NCBI GenBank assembly: GCA_043813605.1 | Contig: JBDRKX010000092.1 | Coordinates: 1-13,754, forward strand | Source: Elusimicrobiota bacterium | GTDB lineage: Bacteria; CG03; SLGR01; JBDRKX01 | Reading direction: 5' to 3' | DNA: 13,754 nucleotides | In this document: piece after piece, positions 1-6,809 of the stretch | Position numbering within the stretch: position 1 is the first letter of the stretch | How the letters are laid out: the number at the start of each line of letters is the position of its first letter | Notes under the pieces: model-generated | Told to the model about the DNA's origin: nothing | What the model saw: the letters and a program-made list of their open reading frames with translations, nothing else | The model's database searches: none | Made by a program: the position numbers and the translations under genes

Positions 1-53
1 GCAAGGAAGAGCAGAAGAGACTTAAAAAAAAGAATAAAAAAAAGACAAAGTAA
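1..53 (+). CDS. 3' end of an upstream ORF with a Lys-rich C-terminus (partial, runs off the window)
   Basis: Frame starting at nt 3 reads KEEQKRLKKKNKKKTK then TAA at 51-53. The start is outside the window and the frame choice is inferred. Confidence 0.35.
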   Translation, partial: KEEQKRLKKKNKKKTK

Positions 54-118
54 GATAAAAAAGGGATATTTTTTAGCAATAGTGCAGAAAACAGTACAGG
101 AAAAAGGAGAAAAGGATA

Positions 119-217
119 ATGTCTAAGAGTAAGGATACCAGAAAAGAAGTAAAAAAGAAACCGTCTAAATCTAAAAAAGAAAAACGGCAGGCGAAAAAAG
201 CGAAAAAAGCAGGCTAG
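119..217 (+). CDS. 32-aa Lys-rich small basic protein
   Basis: Translated by hand: MSKSKDTRKEVKKKPSKSKKEKRQAKKAKKAG, followed by tandem TAG TAG. Shine-Dalgarno-like AGGAG about 9 nt upstream. Below the ORF-track size cutoff. Confidence 0.7.
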   Translation: MSKSKDTRKEVKKKPSKSKKEKRQAKKAKKAG

Positions 218-239
218 TAGGGATATAGTTAAAATTTAC

Positions 240-258
240 ATTATTGAGAATCATTAAA
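240..258. promoter_or_regulatory. Possible Fur-family box
   Basis: ATTATTGAGAATCATTAAA matches GATAATGATAATCATTATC at 13/19 positions, about 110 nt upstream of the OsmC-family start. The AT-rich background weakens this. Confidence 0.3.
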
Positions 259-367
259 TTGAAATAACCGGCAGAACTAATCAAGATAATTGATTTAGGA
301 AGAAGGGATACAAGAAAAGCACATAATATTGCAGTAGATAACTATTGATATTACAAAGAATAAAAGT

Positions 368-771
368 GTGGATAAAAAGATAACTGTGAAATTTCCCGGC
401 GGGAAAAAATAAGCGCAGTTATTGACGATCGTATAATCGAATCCGATCAGGCGACAACAGGAAAAGACCTGGATTCAGCGCCGAACCCGTTTCAGCTGTT
501 CCTGTCATCAATAGCTTTATGCGCAGGATATTATGCGATGGAATTCTGCCAGGCAAGAGATATCGCTACCGATTCCATGTCACTGGATATGGATTGTGAG
601 TTTGATGAAGAGAAAAAACTTCTTACGAATATAAACATAAAACTGAAATTACCTGAAGGGTTCCCCGAAAAATATAAAAACGCTATTGTTGTTGCGATGA
701 ACGCCTGTACAGTGAAAAAAAACATATTAACACCGCCTAAATTTACCTTAACGGCAAGCGCGGATAATTGA
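368..771 (+). CDS. OsmC-family protein, frameshifted at A6 run 404-409 (about 134 aa if one A is restored)
   Basis: GTG368 gives MDKKITVKFPGGKK then TAA410. The -1 frame from 409 reads ISAVIDDRIIESDQ...SAPNPFQLFLSSIALCAGYYAMEFC and continues into the 538..771 ORF (LPEGFPEKY...NACTVKK). Both OsmC-type cysteines are present. Confidence 0.85.
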
Positions 772-811
772 AGGAAAAATCACATTATAAGGTTTAAATA
801 AAGGAAAAATT

Positions 812-1141
812 ATGAAAAAGAACATGGGAAATTTAGACAGGGGAATAAGAATCTATCTGGCAATACTGATAGCTTTGCCGATGCTCTTAGGAGCCATACA
901 TGGCGCGTTAGGCATAATACTGGGTATAATAGCAGTTATATTCCTGATAACAAGCATAGCGGGATTCTGCCCGCTATACGCGATAATAGGGATGTCTACG
1001 GCCGGTAAAACTAAAGAGACTCTGGAAGCTCCAGCTCCTGCAGAACATACTTCCAAATCCAAAGGATCGGCTGTTCCGGAAACAACGGAACCTGTCGAAA
1101 CGGAAACTACCGGTACTCCTGAAAAAGAAGATATTCAATAG
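812..1141 (+). CDS. DUF2892 / YgaP-like inner-membrane protein with an acidic low-complexity tail
   Basis: N-terminal MKKNMGNLDRGIR, two hydrophobic segments and GFCPLY motif. AAGGA upstream. Confidence 0.85.
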   Translation: MKKNMGNLDRGIRIYLAILIALPMLLGAIHGALGIILGIIAVIFLITSIAGFCPLYAIIGMSTAGKTKETLEAPAPAEHTSKSKGSAVPETTEPVETETTGTPEKEDIQ

Positions 1142-1152
1142 CTGAAAAAAAA

Positions 1153-1209
1153 TATATAATACAGATGCAATTTCCCGATGCCTTTAAAAGGGCATGGGGG
1201 TATTATATA
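1153..1209. terminator. Intergenic nested hairpin, possible terminator or regulatory stem-loop
   Basis: Inner stem CCCGATGCCTTT / AAGGGCATGGGG (1174-1199) and outer perfect 10-bp inverted repeat TATATAATAC (1153-1162) / GTATTATATA (1200-1209). No clean U-tract. Confidence 0.45.
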
Positions 1210-1237
1210 ATTACATAATCGGAAAAAGGAGGTGTTT

Positions 1238-1804
1238 ATGAAGTTCACAAAGATAATGTTATTCCTGGCATTGATAATTTACTCGGTTCTAGGAATCTGT
1301 TCTTCACAGGATGTCGAACATTCCCTGGGAATAAATCCTGTAGGTATTGTATACCAGGGATTAAGCTACCTGGAATATGAGCGTATGATAAAACCAAGAA
1401 CTGCGATAACATTAAGACTTGATAATTTCCGGTATGATTACAATGAATCAGAAACTAATTATACCTATGATGAGACCGGGAACGGTTATGGTGTCGGTTT
1501 CGGAGTCCGCCAATATGTCAATACATCTGATAAATTAGAAGGGTTTTTTATAGGATCTGGTGCGGAAGCATTGTCGGTTAACTGGGAATGGGACGAATAT
1601 GATTACGGCTCTACTTATGCAGGAGAAGGCACAACCCTTTCTTTTGCTATACATGCAAGTATGGGTTATAAATTTATTCTTAGTGAAGATTATTTTATTT
1701 CCCCGTTATTATATGTAGGCTGGCTGTATATAGAGTCAGAGGAACTTCAAGCTACCGGTGTGTTTATTGCGCCGGCAATAACAATTGGAATGAAACTACA
1801 ATAA
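1238..1804 (+). CDS. Putative outer-membrane beta-barrel protein (DUF3575-like)
   Basis: AGGAGG at 1227-1232 favours ATG1238 over GTG1232. Signal peptide, then alternating amphipathic strands (GYGVGFGVRQY, GFFIG, MGYKF, FISP) and a terminal strand ITIGMKLQ. Confidence 0.65.
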   Translation: MKFTKIMLFLALIIYSVLGICSSQDVEHSLGINPVGIVYQGLSYLEYERMIKPRTAITLRLDNFRYDYNESETNYTYDETGNGYGVGFGVRQYVNTSDKLEGFFIGSGAEALSVNWEWDEYDYGSTYAGEGTTLSFAIHASMGYKFILSEDYFISPLLYVGWLYIESEELQATGVFIAPAITIGMKLQ

Positions 1805-1808
1805 GTTC

Positions 1809-2037
1809 ATGAGTGCATGGCTATGTATATTAATCCCGGCAGCGATTACAGGCCTCATTTGCGGTTATTTTATCAAACATAGACTTGGTGTTGTACTGGC
1901 GGGCGCAATCCCGTGGCGGCGGCGCTTCAATGTGGCCGATCGCGCAATTGTTTGCAGGAACTGTAGCGGCAGCGGTTGGAGTAGGCGCCTATAGATTTTC
2001 TAGGAACTATATCGCGAAGAAATTGACTGATCTGTAA
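1809..2037 (+). pseudogene. Small membrane-protein gene broken by a frameshift, probably with an internal deletion
   Basis: First frame is hydrophobic up to ...VVLAGAIPW (1916) and then turns to junk (RRRF...). The +1 frame from 1915 reads GGGASMWPIAQLFAGTVAAAVGVGAYRFSRNYIAKKLTDL-TAA2037, a clean TM helix with a basic tail. Confidence 0.7.
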
Positions 2038-2076
2038 AAACAGCCTTCGTAGTTTAAATTGACTCAGACATAAATA

Positions 2077-2105
2077 TTGATAATTACTGTTATATACGGT
2101 ATAAT
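2077..2105 (+). promoter_or_regulatory. sigma70-type promoter for cysK
   Basis: TTGATA (2077-2082), 17-nt spacer, TATAAT (2100-2105). AGAGGA SD-like sequence before ATG2144. Confidence 0.7.
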
Positions 2106-2143
2106 GATTCACTGATTATGCGAGTAAGAGGAAATAATATAAG

Positions 2144-3040
2144 ATGTTTTTTGATTCGGTAATAAATGTAATAGGCGGCACGCCACTGTTGCGGCTAAAC
2201 AATATGTCATCGGGAAACGTCTATGCAAAGGCAGAGTTTCTTAATCCGGGCGGCAGTATAAAAGACCGTGTCGCAAAATATATTATTGAGCGCGCCGAAC
2301 AGGAAGGCGCGCTGAGACCCGGGATGACGATCATAGAGGCGACTTCGGGCAATACCGGTATCGGATTGAGTCTAGTCGGCGTGCAGAAAGGATACAGGGT
2401 AGTATGCGTCATTCCTGAGAATATGAGCGAAGAGCGCAAGAAGATCATAACGGCTTTTGGCGGGGAACTGGTATTGACGCCTGCCGAAGACAGCCTGCCC
2501 GGAAGTCTGGAAAAAGTGAATGAGATAATCTCCCAGGATGCTGAAAAATACTTTTTACCGAACCAGTTCGCTAATCCCTATAATCCAGAAATACATTACA
2601 AAACGACAGGTCCTGAAATATGGGAAGATACCGACGGGAATGTAGATGTATTTGTAAGCGGTATAGGGAGCGGTGGGACGCTGCAGGGGGTAGGGACTTA
2701 TCTGAAGGAAAAGAATCCCAATTTGAAGATCGTTGCAGTAGAACCGAAAAACAGCGCGGCGCTTCTCGGCATGGAGCCGGGACTTCACCAGATACAGGGA
2801 ATAGGGGACGGTTTCATACCGGCAGTGCTTGATAAAAACATTGTTGATATGGTAATTACTGTAACTGATGATGAAGCAATCGATGTAACGCGACAACTTA
2901 CAAAAAAGGAGGGGCTTCTCGTCGGGACATCTTCCGGTGCAAATGTATATGCTGCTATACATATGGACAATTCAAAGAACAGGATCGTCACTGTTCTGCC
3001 CGATCGTTCTGAAAGATATTTCAGTACCGCGTTGATATAA
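2144..3040 (+). CDS. cysK: Cysteine synthase A (O-acetylserine sulfhydrylase, PLP-dependent)
   Basis: NPGGSIKDR (PLP lysine), EATSGNTGI, NQFANP, GIGSGGT, HQIQGIG, EGLLVGTSSGAN, LPDRSERYFST. Confidence 0.93.
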   Translation: MFFDSVINVIGGTPLLRLNNMSSGNVYAKAEFLNPGGSIKDRVAKYIIERAEQEGALRPGMTIIEATSGNTGIGLSLVGVQKGYRVVCVIPENMSEERKKIITAFGGELVLTPAEDSLPGSLEKVNEIISQDAEKYFLPNQFANPYNPEIHYKTTGPEIWEDTDGNVDVFVSGIGSGGTLQGVGTYLKEKNPNLKIVAVEPKNSAALLGMEPGLHQIQGIGDGFIPAVLDKNIVDMVITVTDDEAIDVTRQLTKKEGLLVGTSSGANVYAAIHMDNSKNRIVTVLPDRSERYFSTALI

Positions 3041-3099
3041 ATTCAATAATCCGCATATCAAATCCGGCAATATATATAAGTATGACATATCATGGATTC

Positions 3100-3128
3100 T
3101 TGTAGTATTATGCATTATAATATAAAAT
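3100..3128 (+). promoter_or_regulatory. Candidate sigma70 promoter upstream of the helicase
   Basis: TTGTAG (3100-3105), 17-nt spacer, TAAAAT (3123-3128). A second TATAAT lies at 3116-3121. Confidence 0.45.
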
Positions 3129-3271
3129 AACCATGCAGGAAAGAACTTTTACAGAAAAAAACAGGAAAGATATGGGAAAGTTTTTCTCGTACCGTATCGT
3201 GGCAGATAGACAGGGCTTCATTTCCGGTGCCGTCCTTGTTACCAGTCCCGAATGGATTAAATTAAAAAATC

Positions 3272-4483
3272 ATGAAATATTTTAATGATATAGGTATAAA
3301 CGATGAACTCGTACGGATCCTGAAAACAAAGGGTTTCGTACATCCGACATCCATACAGGAAGAAGCAATCCCCCTGATACTTGAGGGCAGGGACCTGATA
3401 GGCCAGGCAGAAACAGGGTCAGGGAAGACCGCTGCCTGCGGGATACCCCTGATCCAGCTGGTAGACAAAAGCATAAATGCTATCCAGATCCTCATACTGA
3501 CCCCGACACGCGAACTGGCAATGCAATACCTTGATGAAGTCAATTCATTCGCGAACCCGTATGGGGTAACGTCTTTTGTGGTGTACGGGGGATTCGATAA
3601 GGGTATCCAGTTGAGCAAGCTGAAAAGCGGAGTGCAGATACTGGTGGCAACACCGGGCCGCATTACCGATATTATCTACAATAATCAGTTTCCGCTCGCG
3701 AGTGTCAAGACATTTGTCATAGATGAGGCGGACGAGATGATGAAAATGGGGTTTATCGAAGATATTGATTTTATAAGAAGCTGCATTATACAGGAGTACC
3801 AAACCCTGTTTTTTTCAGCTACAATGCCTCCCCCGATAAAGCGTCTGACAAAAAAGTACCTTAAAGACGCCGTGCATATCCGGCTGAACAAGGAGCAGAT
3901 ACAGCCGGACCGGCTGGCACACGCTGTGGTCAAGGTGGGCCGGCGGGAAAAGAAGCGGGCACTGAAAGTGATCTTCGACAGGGAGAATATTGTGCAGGCA
4001 CTGATCTTTTGTAATACCCGCACCCGCGCGGCAGGCCTGTATAAGGATATCAAAGCTGCAGTCGAAGGTGTGGAGTTCCTGCACGGAGGCATGGATCAGA
4101 GGATCAGAACGCGGATAGTAGACAGGTTCCGCAAGAAGAAGATAAAGTATTTGATCACCACGGATGTGATGGCCCGGGGTATAGATATCCGCGAAGTCAG
4201 CCACATAGTAAATTATGATATTCCGGATAGCCCGGATATGTATATACACCGCAGCGGGAGAACAGCAAGGCTGGGTAAGGCCGGTATCTCTATCTCTTTT
4301 GTCTCAACTGAAGATAACCAGAGTTATAACAGGATCAGAGAAGAGGCCGGTATCCGGCCCGAACTGATCGAGCTTGACCTTTCGAGCCGCAGGTGCGCCG
4401 GTACACGCAGACGCGGGTCCCGGAGTACCGGGCAAGACCGCCGCGCCGGATCCCGCGGATCACAGCAGAAAAGGAAACGCTGA
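3272..4483 (+). CDS. DEAD-box ATP-dependent RNA helicase with Arg/Gly/Ser-rich basic tail
   Basis: Q motif GFVHPTSIQ, AETGSGKT, PTRELA, GG, TPGR, DEAD, SAT, ARGID, HRSGRTAR. No DbpA-type C-terminal domain, so the subfamily is not assigned. Confidence 0.96.
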   Translation: MKYFNDIGINDELVRILKTKGFVHPTSIQEEAIPLILEGRDLIGQAETGSGKTAACGIPLIQLVDKSINAIQILILTPTRELAMQYLDEVNSFANPYGVTSFVVYGGFDKGIQLSKLKSGVQILVATPGRITDIIYNNQFPLASVKTFVIDEADEMMKMGFIEDIDFIRSCIIQEYQTLFFSATMPPPIKRLTKKYLKDAVHIRLNKEQIQPDRLAHAVVKVGRREKKRALKVIFDRENIVQALIFCNTRTRAAGLYKDIKAAVEGVEFLHGGMDQRIRTRIVDRFRKKKIKYLITTDVMARGIDIREVSHIVNYDIPDSPDMYIHRSGRTARLGKAGISISFVSTEDNQSYNRIREEAGIRPELIELDLSSRRCAGTRRRGSRSTGQDRRAGSRGSQQKRKR

Positions 4484-4520
4484 TTACAACCGTAGGGTTT
4501 AGCCGACATAGGGATATATC

Positions 4521-4832
4521 ATGAAAAAATGTCCATTTTGCGCAGAAGAAATACAGGATGAAGCTATCAAATGCAGGTATTGTAATGAATTATTGAATAA
4601 AAACTCTGACTGTAAATGGTATTTTAAAAAAAATATATTAATAATATCGTTTTTGTGTGTCGGACCGCTTGCATTACCCCTGGTCTGGTTTAACCCTCAG
4701 ATCAGCCGGAATAAGAAAATAATTATAACCGCTGCAGTCGGCGTTTTAACTTACCTGTTAACACTGGCATTAGCAGGCTCTGTTAAAGCTATAAATACCT
4801 ACTACCGGCAGGTATTCGAGTTATTGGAATAG
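4521..4832 (+). CDS. Zinc-ribbon domain membrane protein
   Basis: CPFC-x10-CRYC at the N-terminus followed by two hydrophobic segments. Confidence 0.85.
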   Translation: MKKCPFCAEEIQDEAIKCRYCNELLNKNSDCKWYFKKNILIISFLCVGPLALPLVWFNPQISRNKKIIITAAVGVLTYLLTLALAGSVKAINTYYRQVFELLE

Positions 4833-4864
4833 ACGTACTACCTGGATTTTAAAAAAACAGTAAA

Positions 4865-6671
4865 ATGAGTAAAATTAAAAACATTGCAATTATAGCCCAT
4901 GTCGATCATGGTAAAACGACTCTTATTGACGCTATCTTGAGACAGTCAGGCGTGTTCAGGGAAAACCAGAATGTTATGGAGAGAGTAATGGATTCCAATG
5001 TCCTTGAAAGAGAAAGAGGGATAACCATGTTCTCAAAAAAACGCCTCGTTCTATTATGGCGGTTATAAGATCAACATCGTTGATACGCCGGGACACGCCG
5101 ACTTCGGCGGGGAAGTACAACGTATTCTTAAAATGGTAGATTCCGTGCTCCTGCTTGTAGATGCCTTCGAGGGGCCGATGCCTCAAACAAAATATGTGCT
5201 TAAAAAATCTCTTGAACAGGGACTTAAGCCTGTTGTCGTTATAAATAAAATAGACCGTCCGAACAGCCGGCCGCATGATACACTGAATAAAGTGTTTGAC
5301 CTGTTCCTGGAATTAAATGCTGATGACAGCCAGCTTGATTTTCCCCATATATACGCATCCGCCAGAGACGGTATTGCAAAATATGAAATAGAAGACGACT
5401 CTGACAACCTTATCCCCCTTTTTGAAACAATAATTAAATATGTAGCAGATACAGAAGGAGACCCAGACGCTCCGCTTCAGTTTCTTGTCTCTGCAATAGA
5501 ATACGATAACTTTGTCGGGAAGATAGGCACTGGTAAAATTCACAGGGGGTCACTTAAAAGAGGAGACAATGTTGTATTGCTGAAAAGAGATGCAAGCATT
5601 GTAGGATTTAAAATAAGTAAATTATATGTTTATGAAGGATTGAAAAAAAGTGAGATCAATGAAGCATTCGCGGGTGATATAGTGTCCATTGCCGGTATTG
5701 ACATTATCGATGTAGGTGAAACCGTCGCAGATAAAGACAATCCTCAGCCGCTTTCGATCATAGAAATAGACCAGCCCACGCTTGCCATCGAATTTATGGT
5801 AAACGATTCTCCGTTTGCCGGACAAGAAGGTCGATATGTAACTTCAAGGCATATATGGGACAGGCTCCAGAAAGAACTTCAATCTAATGTCAGTATAGAG
5901 GTGGAAAGAACAGAAACTGCAGACATCTTTATAGTAAAAGGCCGCGGCGAGCTGCAGTTGGCGGTACTCATTGAAAATATGCGCCGGGAAGGTTTTGAGC
6001 TGCAGCTCTCAAAACCACGGGTTATCTTAAGGGAAATAGAAGGTAAACTCTGTGAGCCGATCGAACATGCAATTGTTGACGTAGATAAAGAGTTTACCGG
6101 TATCGTGATAGAAAAACTCAGTATGCGAAAAGGCGAAATGATAAACATGGCGGCCGGCAGCGACGGCTATACAAGGCTCGAGTTTCACATTCCTTCACGA
6201 GGCCTTCTCGGATATAGAAACGAGTTCATAACAGATACCCGTGGTACCGGTATCTTAAACCATATGTTTTATGAATATGGATCGCACCGTGGAAATATAC
6301 CCTGTAGAACCAAGGGCGCTCTTATCTCTATGGGTAACGGGAGATCAGTTGCCTATGCCCTGGATAAACTCCAGGACCGGGGGGTATTTTTTATAGAACC
6401 GGGAGTAAATGTCTACACAGGCATGATAGTCGGCGCACACAACAGAGAAGCCGATCTTATATTAAATGTGCTCAAAACAAAGAAACTCACAAACATACGG
6501 GCAGCAGGATCCGATGACGCGGTAAATTTGCCGCCCGCAAGAACATTCACGCTTGAGCAGGGCCTTGAATATATAAATGAAGATGAACTAATGGAAGTAA
6601 CCCCCAATACTATAAGATTCCGTAAAAAAGTCCTTGATTACAATTCCAGAAAAAGCACAAGAAGATCATAA
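4865..6671 (+). CDS. typA: Translational GTPase TypA/BipA, frameshifted at A7 run 5035-5041 (601 aa if one A is removed)
   Basis: AHVDHGKTT and ERERGIT in the first frame. The +1 frame from 5040 reads [31 protein letters not shown] into the 5133 ORF ([32 protein letters not shown]). Confidence 0.95.
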
Positions 6672-6809
6672 CCGCTAATATAATTATTGAATTACTGTCC
6701 CAATACAAGTAAGCTGATAAAGAGTATGCGGTATAGCCGGGGCTTGTGATAAAAGCCGTAAGAATTATATGCAGTTTTTCTCATATGTAATGCATATAGG
6801 GAGGACATT

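Noticed and set aside
279..295. AATCAA-N5-TTGATT palindrome as an FNR site
   Set aside because: Half-sites are in the opposite order and spacing to TTGAT-N4-ATCAA, and a 6-bp AT-rich repeat is expected by chance.
400..412. Programmed -1 frameshift in the OsmC gene
   Set aside because: Codon phase is GGG AAA AAA, not the X XXY YYZ register G GGA AAA, and no stimulatory structure is obvious.
3134..3271. Known riboswitch in the helicase leader (also considered for 6672-6800)
   Set aside because: I could not recognise SAM-I, TPP, cobalamin, c-di-GMP, ZTP or fluoride consensus elements by eye. An Infernal/Rfam scan would be needed to exclude them.
4380..4483. GC-rich imperfect repeats at the helicase 3' end as foreign DNA
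   Set aside because: Explained by the Arg/Gly/Ser-rich basic tail typical of DEAD-box helicases.
5033..5042. Programmed ribosomal frameshift in typA at A_AAA_AAA
   Set aside because: The heptamer is a -1 type but the gene needs +1. A7 is short for efficient transcriptional slippage, and I know of no recoded typA.
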